NCBI RefSeq assembly: GCF_009914755.1
Contig: NC_060929.1
Length of the DNA: 64,000 nt
From: the human T2T-CHM13v2.0 reference genome, Homo sapiens
Strand: one strand, 5' to 3'
Part shown: positions 31,436 to 45,682 of the stretch, one piece after another
How positions within the stretch are numbered: position 1 is the first letter of the stretch
Layout of the letters: each line of letters opens with the position of its first letter
Translations under genes and position numbers: made by a program
The notes under the pieces: generated by a model
Told to the model about the DNA's origin: nothing
Database searches by the model: none
The model's input: the letters and a program-made list of their open reading frames with translations, nothing else

Positions 31436-33792
31436 TGAGAATTTTTGCATCTATGTTTATGAGAGATATTGCTCTATAATTTTTTCTTTCTTATAAAAAA
31501 CAGATTATCTAATTGATCTTTTCCAATAATCAACTTTTGGTTTTACCAATATTCTCTATTAATTACCTGTTTTTAATTTTATTGATCTCTGCACTAATTA
31601 TTACTTTTCTTCTGCTTACTTGGGATTAATTTTTCTTCTTTCTCTAAGTTTCCTAAGGTAGAAACATAGATCAGTGATTTTAGATTTTTCTTATTTTCTA
31701 AAACTGTATTCAATACTACAAATTTTCCTCTAAGCACTGCTTTTGCTGAATCTCACAAATTTTGCTACAGTATATTTTCATGTTCACTTATATCAAAATA
31801 TTTTAAATTTTGTATCATATTTCATCTTTGACTAATCTCATATGTACAGGCCTGATGTTTAATCTGTACATATTTTGGAATTTTCTAGTTACCTTTCTAT
31901 TGTAAATTTTTAGTTTAAGCCATTATTGTCTGAGGGCATTGTATGATTTCTATTCTTCTAAATTTGTGAAGATGTGTTTATTTATTTATTTTTGGCCCAG
32001 AATGTGGACTATGCTGATGAATGTTACATGTGAACTTGAGAAGAATGTGTATTCTCTTGTTGGATATGGTGGTATATAAATGTCAATTGTATCCAATTGA
32101 TCAATGGTGTAATTGAGTTCAACCAGTTTCTTACTGATTTTCTGCCAATTGATCTGTTTCTGATGAAAGAATGCTAAGGTCTCCAGATATGACAATAGAC
32201 TTATTGACCTCTTGCAGATATTAGTTATGGCTTGTTTAGTTTGACACTTTATTGTTAGGTGCACACACATTAAGAATTGTTAGGTATTCTTTGAGAATTG
32301 ACTTCTTTATCATTAAATTGACCTTTATCCCTGATAACTTCCCTTGCTTTGAATTCTGCTATGTATAAAACTAATGTAGCTATTTCTACTTTCTTTTGGC
32401 TAGTGTTTGCATAGTATATTTTTCTCCATCCATTTGCTTTTAATCTATATGTGCCTTTATATTTGAAGTGGGTTTCTTATAGACAATGTATAGCTGGGTC
32501 TTGTTTTTTGATCCACTCTGACAATCTTTGACATTTAATTGGTGCATTTAGACCATTGATGTTGAAAGTGATTACTGATGTATTTATACTAATATCTACC
32601 ATATTTATCACCATTTTCTGTTTGTTGCCCTTGATCTTCATTCCTATTTTTATCTCCCATTCTTTGGTTGTCTTTGAGGTTTTAATTGAGCATTTTATGT
32701 TATCCCAGTTTTTTCTCCTTTCTTAGCAAATCAGTTACACTTTGTTACTTTAAGTGGTTACTCTACAGTTTGCAATATACACTCACAATTAACCCAAGTC
32801 CACTTTTAAACAGCACTTGTACCACTTCATGGGTAATGTGGTGCCTTAGAATAACAAAATAATCCTAAATTATTTTGTAATTATACCTTTCATACCTTGT
32901 ATCATTGCTGTCATTCATTTCACTTATACACACAGACATAAGATACATACATAAGCATATATAATCAAATACAGTGTTGCTATTATTTTAAATAATCTGT
33001 ATCTGTTAGATCAATTAAAAATAATAAAAAAGTTTTTGTTTTAACTTCAATTATTTATTCATCAGTGCTCTTCCTTTTGTAATATATGTCAAAGTTTCTG
33101 ACCTATATTATTTTTCTTCTCCCAAAAAACTTTGAACATTTCATGAAATGCAGGTGTACTGTCAACAAACCCTTTCAATTTTTGTTTGTTTGGGAAAATC
33201 TTCATTTCTCTGTCACTTTTGTAGGGTAATTTTGCATGGTAAATAATTCTGGGTTTTTTGTTTGTTTTGATCTTAAAACTTTAAATATTTCAGTACACTG
33301 TCTTCTTGCTTGCCTGGTTTCTCAGGAGATGTTGAATATAATTATTATCTTTGTTCCTCTGCAGGTAAGGTATTGTTTTCTCTGGCTTAAAATAAATTGT
33401 TTCATTTCATTTTTGATTTTCTGTCATTTGAAAATGATATGCTTAAGTGTAGGGGTTTGTGTTTGTTTGTTTTTTGTCATTTATGCTGTTTGGCATTCTC
33501 TGAGCTTCTTGTACCTATGCTTTAGTCTGACATTAATTTAGGGAAATTCTCATTTTTTATTATTTCAAATATATTTTCTGTTTCTTTCTCTATTTCTTTT
33601 CCTTCTAATGTTCCTATTAAGTGTAAATTTTACCTTTTATACTTATCCTGTAGTTCTTGGATATTCTGTTATAATTATTTTAGGTCTTTGTTCTTTTTGC
33701 TTTTTAGTTTTGGAGACTTTTATTGTCCTATCTTCACCTTCATAGATTTTCTTTTTCTTTAGCCATATTCAGTATACTAAAAAGCTCATCAA

Positions 33793-34087
33793 GGCTGGGT
33801 GCGGTGGCTCACACCTGTAATCCCAGCACTCTGGGAGGCCGAGGCAGGCGGATCATGAAGTCAGGAGCTCGAGACCAGTCTGGCCAACATAGTGAAATCT
33901 TGTCTCTACTAAAAATACAAAAAATTAGCCGAGTGTGGTGGCATGCGCCTATAATCCCAGCCAAAAGGCTGAGGCAGGAGAACCGCATGAACCCAGGAGG
34001 TGGAGGTTGCAGTGAGCTGAGATTGCACCATTGCATACAACCTGGGCAACTGAGAGACTCCATCTCAAAAAAAGAACAACAACCACA
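33793..34087 (+). mobile_element. AluSg-like
   Basis: Full dimer; TSD taaaaa(g/c)ctcatcaa. Confidence 0.95.
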
Positions 34088-34669
34088 TAAAAACCTCATC
34101 AAAGGCATTCTTTATGTTACAGTGTTTTTGATCTCTAGAATTTCTTTGTGCTTCTTCCTTAGGATTTCCATTTTTCTGCTTACATTGTCCATATGTTATT
34201 GCCTGCTGTCTACTGTATCTGCTAGAACCTTTGCACATTAATCATAGTTGTTTTAAATTCCTGGTCTGAATTCCAGCATCCCTGTCATGTCTGGTTCTGA
34301 GGCTTTTTCTGTCTCTTTAAATTGTGTTCATTGCCTTTCAACAGGCTTTGTAAAGTTTCCTTGGTAGCTGGACATGAACTTCTGTACATAGGCCTTTAGC
34401 AATGTGGTGGTAAGATGTGCAGGTCAAGGGAAGCGTTCTACATTCCTCTAATTAGGTGTTATGCTTTTACTGAGCTAATGCCTCTGAACTGTGAACTTCA
34501 CAAGTATTTCTAAGTTTTCCTCCCTTTTTAGGTGGGACTGAGTGGCTAGAGTGGGCTGAAGTTGAGTATTTCTCTTCTCTCCTGTGGAAGGCTAGAGTGA
34601 GCTAGAGTTGGGTATTTTCTTTCCCATGGGACAGTTAGGCTCTGATAATACCCCAGAAGATGAGGCTGG

Positions 34670-35046
34670 TGTATTAGTGCATTCTCACACTGCTATAAAG
34701 AATACTACAAGACTGGGTAATTATAAAGGAAAGAAGTTTAATTAACTCACACGGTTCCTCAGGCTTAACAGAAAGCATGGCTAGGAGGCCTCAGGAAATT
34801 CACAATCATGGCGGAAGGCGAAGGGGAAGCAGGCACCTTTGCATAAGGCAGCAGGAGGGAGAGCTTGTGAGAATGAGGAGGAAGTACCACAATTTAAAAC
34901 CATCAGCTCTCCTGAAAGCTCACTCACTGTCATGAGAACAGCATGGAGGAAACCAACCTCATGATCCAATCACTTCCCTCCCTGGACACGTGAGGTTTGC
35001 AATTCAAGATGAGATTTAGGTGGGGACACAGAGTCAAACTATAGCA
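34670..35046 (-). mobile_element. MaLR solo LTR (MSTA-like)
   Basis: tgtattagt...caaactatagca; perfect TSD gctgg. Confidence 0.92.
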
Positions 35047-35589
35047 GCTGGGGTTAACTAGTTTTCCCTGAGAGCAGGCCTTGTTAAGAAGAACAGAGAA
35101 CACTGGCAGATTTCAATATTTTTTCCCTTTCTCTGCCAGAAGCATGAGAACTTTTTTTCTTTTCTTTCTTTTTTTCTTTTTTTTTTTTCCTGATCTTCAC
35201 TGTGAGAACCTGGTAGAGCTTCTAGAGATAAAACTTATAAAGGGTTTTGGTGGTGGTGTGTAACTGAGTCCCCGTGGAATTTTTAACTCTCAGATGTGTC
35301 CACACTGGGCCTTTAGCACTCATCAATTACAGTTCAGGATTTTTTACTCAAGTACTCCTTCCCTTGGAAGTTTCCATTCCTGAGTCTTTGTTCTGTGAAG
35401 CCCTGACTACCTGTATTTCCTTGTCTGTCTCTCCAATCTTTAGGGTTGCAGTTTGCCCTGTGTCCTCACCTCTCTGATGGATCCAAGAAAAGTTGTCGAT
35501 TTTCTAGTCAGTTTCACTTTTCACTTGTTAGGACAGAGTGGCAACTTTCAAGCTTCCTACATGTGGAACAGGAAACTGTTTCTCAGCAC

Positions 35590-36150
35590 AAAGTTTTTAA
35601 TCACATAAACCTGACCATTTTACAACGTGACCATTTAATCCCCTTTAATAGCTTCCCAGTGCTTTTACATCAAAACCCATTACTGTGGTCTTCTTGGCTC
35701 TGAATGAAATGTCACTTGTCTATCCTTTCAGCAAGATGTTAGATGTTTTTCCTTTTTACTCACGGGTCTCTACTTTCTGTGGTCACCTTTCAGTATCTGA
35801 ATGCCTTGTTTCTTCCACCTAAGGACTTTAACGTATATTATTCTTTCTTCCTGCTTTAACCATCTTTTGAAAATTACTAATTAACCTTCAAATATGTGTT
35901 TCAGATTTCTTCCTTAAGAACATAATTCCTATTCACCTAAATTAGATAAGGTCCTGTGTTAAGTGCATTCATTTTGCCATCTATTTTCTCCTTGCTGTGC
36001 TTGTCCCAAACATGATTTAACATGGTCTGGATATTTCTCTCAGAAGGGTCTAAGCTCCATGAAACAAGAGCTTTGTTTAATCCCAGTATTTTTAGGAGAG
36101 TGCCAAGGACATAGTTGATGTTCCTTCAATGTTTATTGAATGCATAGGTA
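35590..36150 (+). mobile_element. L2 3' part (continuation of the L2 at ~28100-28230)
   Basis: taagctccatga...catagttg...caatgtttattgaatg terminus. Confidence 0.65.
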
Positions 36151-37420
36151 AAAGAATGGCTATAACTTTCCAGCTACACTAAGAAGATGATAATAATTGA
36201 ATCAATTTGACACAATTTTCTAACTGATGGTTGAGACACAGTAATTTTCTCTATTATCTTTGCCATTTACAGGGATTATTTTACTTATTAAACTTTTGTA
36301 AAACAATTAACTTATAAGTTTCCCATCCTATAATATTTTTTTGATTCATCAAATTAGTTGTGTATGATGATAAAATGTAAGGTAATGATATAATATCCAA
36401 TGAAGAATTAAATTTGGAAAAGCAAATTTCTCCTAGATATGTGAGTTTAAAATAAAACAAAGTGTACTACTTGTAACTCAACGCAGGTTAGAACAACTTT
36501 CAAAATATTCCTTTATTGTTATTTTTAAATAAATGAGTCATTTGAACTTCTCAAGGATGCCAGATAAAATTAAAGTTTAGTATTCATGAAATGTAGTCAA
36601 CCACTTCCCACTACCTCATACCCCACCACCCACATTAATATTTAAATGTTTAACCTGGAGCATTTCTTGAGAATAAATATTTCTTCTCCTGGATTGCTAG
36701 CAAAAAAATAGATTCTATTTGATATTATAAATTTTAAAAGTGGTGATACCACAAAATAATTAAAATAAACTAAGAAATACTGTCATTTTTCACATGGTTC
36801 TTCTAGCTTGATGACAGCAGAGAAATCAGAGTTGAGATGGTCATAGAATGATTTTTATTCATGACTGAATAGATACCCAAATATATTAAAATGTACAATT
36901 AGCAGAGTTAATTTTATTAGTAACTTATTTTCAGACAATTGGGAACAATTGGAAAAGTATTGCTGATTAGATTAGAGCATTGTTTCTCCTCTGGAAACCC
37001 TAAATGGGTGCTCTCTAACCTACTCTATTTGTAAGAAAGTTCTCAAAAGATGGACAATTATGAGAACATGAAAACTAGGTTATCAAGAGAGTATTTTCCA
37101 GGAATGCATTCAACATGAGAATGTATCAAACAATGCAACAAGAATCCCTTTCTTGGTTGTATTATTTAATCTTTAATTTTTGAATTAGAATATAGTAATA
37201 TTAAACATTTCTTGCATTGGCCATATCATTCCCATAATATAAGTGAGATTATAATCAAATTTTGCTACTTATTATAGTAAGAATTATTTGGTAGAGAAAC
37301 ACTTAGTGTTTATCTGGGGAAGTCTCCCCTATTATTTTGGGATTGATGGTCTAAAAGCAGTCAGAACTTACATTGTTAAAAGCAGCAGGGCCGATCTGCG
37401 ATTTCTGAAGTGGTTTAAAC

Positions 37421-37955
37421 CAGGAGTCCCCAATCCCCAGGCCACCAACCAGCCTGTTAGAAACCAGGCCACACAGCAGAAGGTGAGATGAGCGGGAAGA
37501 GGGGGATGGTGAGCGAGTAAAGCTTCATCTGTATTTACAGCCACTCCCCATCACTTGCTTGCATTACCACCTGAGCTCCACCTCCTGTCAGATCAGCAGC
37601 GGCATTAGATTCTCACAGGAGCGTGAACCCTATTGTGAGCTGTGCATGGAGGGATCTAGGTTGTGCATTCCTTATGATAATCTAATGCCTGATGATCTGT
37701 CACTGTCTCTCGTCACCCCCAGATGGGACCATCTAGCTGCAGAAAAACAAGCTCAGGGCTCCCACTGATTCTACATTATGGTGAGTTGTATAATCATTTC
37801 ATTATATATTACAATGTAATAATGATAGCAATAAAGTGCACAATAAATGTAATATGCTTGAATCATCCCCAAATCATCCACCCCCTACCCTGGTCCATGG
37901 AAAATTTGTCTTTCACAAAACAGGTCCCTGGTGCCAAAAAGGTTGGGGACCACTG
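37421..37955 (+). mobile_element. MER1A (hAT-Charlie), complete
   Basis: TIRs caggagtccccaa / ttggggaccactg; perfect 8 bp TSD gtttaaac. Confidence 0.93.
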
Positions 37956-38757
37956 GTTTAAACCCATGCTGAATATTAACCTTCCTATTTAAATTTTAGT
38001 GAGTTGCTAAACTATTCTTTAATAAATGTTAGCATGATGTGCGTTACACATATCAAAAATCACCCAAAAGTCAAATTGAGAAATAAGGGACAGATTTACA
38101 CACGTTCTGGGAAAGATTGGTGAAGTTGAAGGTGAATAGAAGAAAACATTGGTTATAGCATTTCACTACCATTGGAGGCAGGTGGGACTCCACAGGTAGA
38201 GAGAATAAGTAATTAAGCATTTACCCTTTCTTTGTTTGTTGTTTTGTTTTGTTTTGTAAATACTGTTATTCCTTGGTGGCATAAAATATTCTGACTGAAT
38301 AAATTACACTGAACATCTCTCCCATTTTTCTAATGTTTCAAATGCACAGAAATTTCTGAAATGGCTTATAGGTGTAATCTATTCTATTTGATTAAAAAAG
38401 TGTAATATTTAGGGCAAGAAAGGAAATCTGGCTTCACAAACATTAAAATTTATGTCTAAATAGTCCTCTTTCTCTCAAGATCAAATTGCTCTGGCATTAT
38501 AATTATTTTTTTGGCATATTTGAAATAACACAAAGTTATATCTGAAAACATAACTATCCTAAAAATGAGGAGCAATCAATACAATGTTAATTCTGCCCTT
38601 ATATATCCAATTTATTAAATAGTCTGGCCAATGTGATTTCTTAAAATGTGTTTTATATGGTTTTTGTTTTTCTAACTAGGCTATTTAATGTGTCATTTAG
38701 AATCTCTCATTTCTTCCCATTACTGTCATCTCTGACAGATCCCACTATGCTTGATAA

Positions 38758-38776
38758 ACACACACACACACACACA
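38758..38776. repeat. (CA)n microsatellite
   Basis: Directly visible. Confidence 0.9.
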
Positions 38777-39442
38777 GAGCAATAGAGTTAAGATTAATGA
38801 AAAACTTCACTCCCACTTCTATACTTTCAGCTTGGCATACTTGGAAGAATAATAGGCCTGCCCCAAACACATACAGCACCCAAGGCAAAAGTATAAGGGA
38901 GGTACTATATACAAGTTGATTATCCCTTATCTAAAATGCTTGGGAACAGAAGTGTTTTGAATTTCAGATGTTTTCAGATTTAAAATATTTGCATATACAT
39001 GAAGAGATATATTGAGAATGAGACCCAATTCTAAACACAAAATGTATGTTTTATATACACCTTGTACATACAGTCTGAAGGTGATTTTATACCATATTTT
39101 TAATAATTTTTTTTGCATGAAACAAAGTTTGTGTACACTGAACTATTAGAAAGCAAAGGTGTCACTATGTCAACCACCCATGTAGACAAGTTGTTTGGCA
39201 CCACCATCACTCCTGGCTTTGAATTTATATGTTACAAATAACCAGCCATTTTCTTATGTCAAGTACTTATTAAAAAAAAAAGACACACTGTTAATATAGT
39301 GTAAAACGATGTGTTCAAGGTAACAAAGTAGCACATTAGCTTTACCAGAATACTTGTATCCACTGTTAAACAGCAGCAACAACAAACAACCACAGGCTTT
39401 CCATCTCTACCTACAATGCTGCCTTTTTATTAAAAGATTACT

Positions 39443-39764
<322 letters not shown>

Positions 39765-39869
39765 TTATGCACTGTATTTTATTTTTTTTAGGTGAGAAAA
39801 AAAATTAGGAGACGTTGAGAGATCAGGAAGTGGGTCCTCTAGGGATGAGGAGGCATTCTGCTGGCTGGA

Positions 39870-41208
39870 TTTTTTTTTTTTTTAATTTCAACTTTTTTTT
39901 TTTTGAGATGGAGTTTTGCTCTTGTTGCCCCAGCGGTCTCGGCTCACTGCAACCTCCACTTCCTGGGTTCAAGCAATTCTCCCTCATAAGCCTCCCGATA
40001 GCTGGGATTACAGGCATGGGCCAACATGCCCAGCTAATTATTTTATTTTATTTTATTTTATTGTATTTTTGTAGAAACGGGGTTACATCATATTGTCCAG
40101 GCTGGTCTCGAACTCCTGACCTCAGGTGATCCACCTGCCTGGGCCTCCAAAAGTGCTGGGATTACAGGCGTGAGGCACTGCGCCCGGCCAATTTCAACTT
40201 TTATAATAGATTAAAGGGTACACATGCAGATTTGTTACATGAGTAAATTGCATGACTCTTAGGCTTGGGCTCCAACAATCCCATCCCTGAGGCAGTGAGC
40301 ATAGTACCCAATGGGTGGCTCTTCAGCCCATGTCCCTCCTCCCTTTCTCTTCCATCTACTGGTCCCCAGTGTCTATTATTCTTATCTTTAGGTTCATGTA
40401 TATTCAATATTTAGCTCTCAATTACAAGTGAGAAAATGTGATATTTGGCTTTCTGTTCTTGCATTAGGTCTCTCAGAATAATGGTCTACAGCTCCATTCA
40501 TGTTGCTGCAAAGTACATGATTTTGTTCTTTTTAATGGCTGCATAGTATTCCACAGTGTATTTCTACCACGTTTCTTTATTCAGTTCACTGTGGCACCTA
40601 GGTTTATTCCCTGTCTTTGCTATTGGGAATAGTGCTGCAGTGAACATACAGGTGCAGTGTTTTTTTGGTAGACTGAATTATTTTCATTTGGGTATATACT
40701 TAGTAGTGGGATTTCTGGGTTATGTAATAGTTTTATTTTAAGTTATTTGAAAAATCTCTGGACTGCTTTCCACAGTGGCTGAGCTAATTTGCATTCCCTT
40801 CAGAAGTGTATAAGCCTTTCTTTTTCTCTGCAGCCTTGCCAACACCTGTTTTTTTTTTCTGACTTTTTAATAATCACATTCTGACTCATATAAGATGGTA
40901 TTTTATTATGGTTTTGATTTGCATTTTTCTGATCATTAGCGATGTGGAGTAGTTTTTCATATGTTTGTTGGCCACTTGTACATATTGTTTTGAGAAGTGT
41001 CTGTTCATGTCCTTTGCCCATTTTTTAATTGGAGTTTTTGTTTTTTGTTGATTTGTTTATGTTCCTTACAGATTCTGGATATTAGGCCTTTGTCAGATGC
41101 ATAGTTTGAGAATATTTTCTCCCATTCTGTAGGCTGTTTACTCTCTTGGTAATTTCTTTTGACCTTCAGAAGCTCGTTGGTTTAATTAGGTCCCACCTGC
41201 CAATTTTT
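39870..41208 (-). mobile_element. L1PA (L1PA15/16-like) 3' 1 kb within Tigger
   Basis: Poly-T, then aatttcaactttta...gggtacacatgcagatttgttacatg. Confidence 0.9.
39893..40189 (-). mobile_element. AluSp/Sq-like in the L1 tail
   Basis: TSD aatttcaacttt; small deletion in the right arm. Confidence 0.93.
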
Positions 41209-41209
41209 A

Positions 41210-42860
41210 AATGTTTCCTTGAGAATCACCACCCTCATTAAGAATGATTTTTGTCTTAGAAGTTTCCCTTTGCTTTTACAAACTGACATGATTTCTTGTT
41301 CTGATATAAATGCATGCTGTTCTAGTCCTCCAATAAGCCCGTCACACATTTTCTCAGTGTCCTCTATAGACACTCTTTCTACACTGTTAACACAATCATC
41401 TTTCTTGTCACTATTAACATGAGCACCTTGTTTTGGTACCATTTCTGCTATTTCACCATCAGTCAATGAATAAACAACTGCAGCCTCATCATTAATGTTA
41501 AAAACTTCTTCAATATCCACTTCTTCCAGCTTACAGATGGACCCTGAAGGTATATTTTTTGCATATATAGGGACATTAGGCATCATTTTTTTCCCTCACT
41601 TGACATACAGAATCTTTCAAAGTCACCGCTTTAATTATGGTAAAAACTGAACATAGTTACAGGCCAGAGTTTGTGCCAGGCATGCACAACTGTGTCCGTA
41701 TTCATCTGCAGCAATACATATGAACATCCTTCATGCTAAACTCCATTGAAAACCTTCCATGCCCACACCTCTGTTCACTGCTCCAAGCGTGCTGTTTAAG
41801 AAATTATTTTTATATTTACCCTTCACTAACCTCAGAATACTTTGGTCACATGGGTGAATTAATAAGGCCACATTTGGGGGAATGTACATGACATAAACAT
41901 TTTTTATAGTTTCCAGATTTTTAGCAGGGATATGGGCAGAATAGTTGTAAAGTAATAACAAAATTTTGCAGTTGTCATCCAGTTTTGCTTTGCTACAGTA
42001 AGCATGAGCCACAGATACAAAATGTTTATGAAACTAATCAGAAAAGATATTTCTGGTGATACTGCCTTTTTGTTAAAATAATAATGAACTGGTAAGAAAT
42101 TCACTTCTCACAAACAGTGAGGATGCGTGCTATTGTGCACCACAGCAAGTTTAACCCCTAGGCATGCCTATTGTGTTAGCACATCCCAGAACAATTAATC
42201 TGTCCTTGGCTTTAATTCCTGAAAAAGGTGTGTCATCAGCTGTAGTGAGTATCTTTCTGAAGCAATAATGACAAATTAGTTATGTTTCATCAGCATTATA
42301 AACTTATGACATCAGATTTTCATCAGCAATAACCCTAGCAAACTCTTCAATGAATGTATCCATTGTTTCATGATCAGCAGATACTTTATCACCATCGATC
42401 TTTAAAAATTTAATGGCATGTCTTTTGTTAAATTTCCCTGCAACCAGCCTGTTGAATATTCACAGCTCCCTTCTATTTTCAGCTCATCATGATGGATCTT
42501 ATCCTATTTCATGATCAGTGTACCATTAAGTGTCCTATGTGTGATGCTGATGGATCTACTCTTTCAGTACATGACAGATATCTTCATTTGTTCCTTTATG
42601 TAGTATTTTTCTATTTTTTATTAACTTCTGTTCATCACTTTCAGCATAGAACTTCCACAACGTGTCCTTCTGTTTCTTCAGGTCATATATGGTGGTGATT
42701 CCAAGACCGTACTCTTCTGTAAGATGTTTCTCACCACACCATCCAGTTTCCCCAACACCTTGACTTTCTATGCTATAGATAAACAGAAATGCTTCCTCTT
42801 TTTCTTATCACTGTTACTCATAGGCATATCTACAGGCCTTTTTATTATTTTCAACAATAT
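41210..42860 (-). pseudogene. Pogo/Tigger transposase fossil
   Basis: ORF fragments KKKRKHFCLSIA (psq-type HTH start), KILLLLYNYSAH and PPNVALLIHPCDQSIL (DDE_1 motifs LLLDN.SAH and QP.DQG) and an acidic C-terminus; frameshifted. Confidence 0.88.
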
Positions 42861-42899
42861 CCTTATACCACAGGGTGGAAAAGAAACAAAAACACACAA

Positions 42900-42945
42900 T
42901 GTGTGTGTGTGTATATATATATATATGTATATATATGTGTGTGTA

Positions 42946-42984
<39 letters not shown>

Positions 42985-42998
42985 TGTGTGTGTGTGTG
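42900..42998. repeat. Compound (TG)n/(TA)n microsatellite
   Basis: Directly visible. Confidence 0.95.
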
Positions 42999-45563
42999 TT
43001 GGCCCTGTGTGAGGCATTGTGGGACATTTGTCATGGTGTGTCTGGCCTGTGCACCTGCCAAAGGTGCATGTGGATCCTTTTCGTGTGTGCTTGTATGGGG
43101 GAGTCTGGCATGTGCAGAAAAGAGAATTCACAGTTAAAGGGGGTTGTGAGAGTCTTTTTGCCCTTGGGGATGCTGAATAAATTCTGTATTGAGTACCACC
43201 ATTTTGAATAAAATCCATCACATGAGTTCAGTTGTGAAATTTTCACTTGTAGAATCAGGTTGGTGCTCAAACACTACGATTTTGGAGCCTTTTCGATTTC
43301 ACATTATCAGATTACGGATTCTCAGCCTACACTATAAACCAATATATTTAAAAGTTGTAAGTCAAGGTTAATGTTAAATAAAATATGTTTCTTGAATAAT
43401 ATAATTTATTTATGAGAAAATAGAAAAATACGTGTAAAGTTAAGTCTTTTATGTCAGAAAGGAAACAAAGTACTAAAGACCAAATTGGTTATTTCACAAA
43501 TTTAGGTATTAGGTTTATTTAGGTATTAGGTGTTAGGTATTAGGCTGGTGATGTTTGGATGGAAATAAATATATAAATGTAATTCATAAATTAATATATA
43601 GTTATTTCATGAAAAGTTGACTATGTTGTTATAATCAACAATTTTTATAATTGGCATTCTATTGGCAGTGATAACCTAAAGGATTCAACAATTATAATTA
43701 TATTCAATCATACAAAATTTAAATGTGATCTTACTTAAAAATTAGTGTTGATGTAAATGTAAAAGATATTTTCATATGTGTTTTCAAAACACATTCTTCT
43801 CAAAATTTAAATTTGTCTATTCAAATTAAAAGCAAATACAAATTATATTTAATTAATACTGAATTTTAGCTCAGAATTCCTTAAACAATTGACATTTTTC
43901 CTTGTTTTGATATTTTTATTATTTTTTAATATTGTAACTTTCCTTCTACAAAAATGTTAAAATTTTAATCTCAGCATTCACCACCCATGCAGCTGCTAAT
44001 GTACTCAATTCTTTCATGTTTCATGTCTTTACAACTGGACCTACAATTATAGGGCAATATGAATTATTAAATATGGCAAAATTACCCTCAGCCAAGAAAA
44101 ACTGTTTTAAAAAATGTGCTAATTGATGACTAACTCTGGAAAATAAATTAGTACATAAGAAAAATGAATTTGCACATAGAAAATAGATGCCCTGACATTA
44201 CTGAGAATGTTGAAAATAATAGTTTTTATGCAATAATGTATTGGCATTTATGCTATATAAAAGAAATAAATTAACAAGTTGATGTATTTTCTCTTCCATA
44301 AGCATTCTGTCATTCAAATTTTTCTCTCACTCCAAAACAATGTCTACTCTAAATGACATAGATGCTGGCATAACATATACCTTTTTTTATTTTTTTGAAG
44401 ACAAAAAGCAAGACATGTAGAGTTGTTTCCCTGGAGACCTTACAGATTTTAGTCACTAAAGCAACTGAGGTGTGCTATGCCTCCCTTGATCTCTGGAACT
44501 GAGTGAAAAGGCACTCATGTGTTCTTAAATAAATTTTTATAATATACTAAGTACTGTTGCTTTGCTTGTGATATGTATACCTTCCAAAACATGGAGCTCA
44601 TTACAAGATTCTTGCTTGTCCAGGTCTAAAAAAAAAAAAAATTGACAGGTGGAAAGAGAGGAGATCCCCATACATACAGCTCATACACTCCTCTCTGACC
44701 AAAGGAATTATATAAAACAAAGATCTTGCTTTTTTATATATTTCAGTAAAAAAATAAATGTTCTGTACAGCATGATAGTAAGTATCTGACAAGGGCCTAA
44801 ACTGTATGACCAGTTTTAAAGCCTGTATTCCATGATTTCAGAGAAAGAGCAGTAATGGTGATCAGATCCCCAAAATGATCAGAGTGAAGAGGGACTGAGG
44901 TGGAATAGTGGAGTGGGTTGTTCCCTTAAACATCTATTATAGGGCATGACAGGATAATGATTGGCTTCAGAGGTTAAAAGAAACTTTTTTTTTTCTCTGA
45001 GAAGGGCCTGATTTCACTTAAAGCCAGGAGGCATGAAAAATACTTGAGAGTAATTTATGCAGTGAAGATAATTAATAATGGAAGAGGTATGCTAGAAGGA
45101 AGGATATCCAATTTGAGATGAAGAAAAGGTATAGGAAACAGGAAAGAGAGAACCATTAGGAAATAAGAGAACAGGGCATGTTCTTGAAAACCAGCAATTG
45201 ATAGTGTTGGTGTTTGAACCCAGTATTGGTCTAAAAACCACGTCCCTCACTTTTATACTATATAGGACAATTAGATGGATACACTTGTGGTTTTACACCA
45301 AAAACAAGTGTCATGCGACATATGCTTTCAAGATATAAAAATTATATATAGCAATTATATAGTAAGTGCAGAGTGGGAATAGTAAACATTTAAATAATTT
45401 TTAACTCATTGCTGGCAAGCTTTATGTCTGGGTACAGTACTTGATCAACTTTATGATATGTTTTGAAGGAAAGTAGACTCCTCATACTTGCCTAAATGTA
45501 TTTCTTCTGTACCTTTTTACGGATGCCTATAACTTTAGTGTTATTTAATCCTTTAGTTTAGGG

Positions 45564-45682
45564 CAATGTTTCTCAAATATTTGTGCATTTCACAATCACC
45601 TAGGAGATTTGATTTTAAAAATCTATCCCTGGACCTTACCTGAAAATTCTATTTCAGTGGAGCTACACTTTCAGAAACATTG
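45564..45682. mobile_element. MER5-like hAT element, internally deleted
   Basis: TIR-like caatgtttctcaaa / tttcagaaacattg; aatcacctaggag motif. Confidence 0.6.

Noticed and set aside
41182-42104. Protein-like ORFs suggesting a TIGD/JRK-type domesticated gene
   Set aside because: Frameshifted fragments between Tigger TIRs, with the C-terminal ORF running into an L1 insertion; a transposon fossil
43501-43545. TTAGG-containing repeats resembling an interstitial telomere
   Set aside because: The unit is ttaggta-like with no TTAGGG; a small slippage duplication
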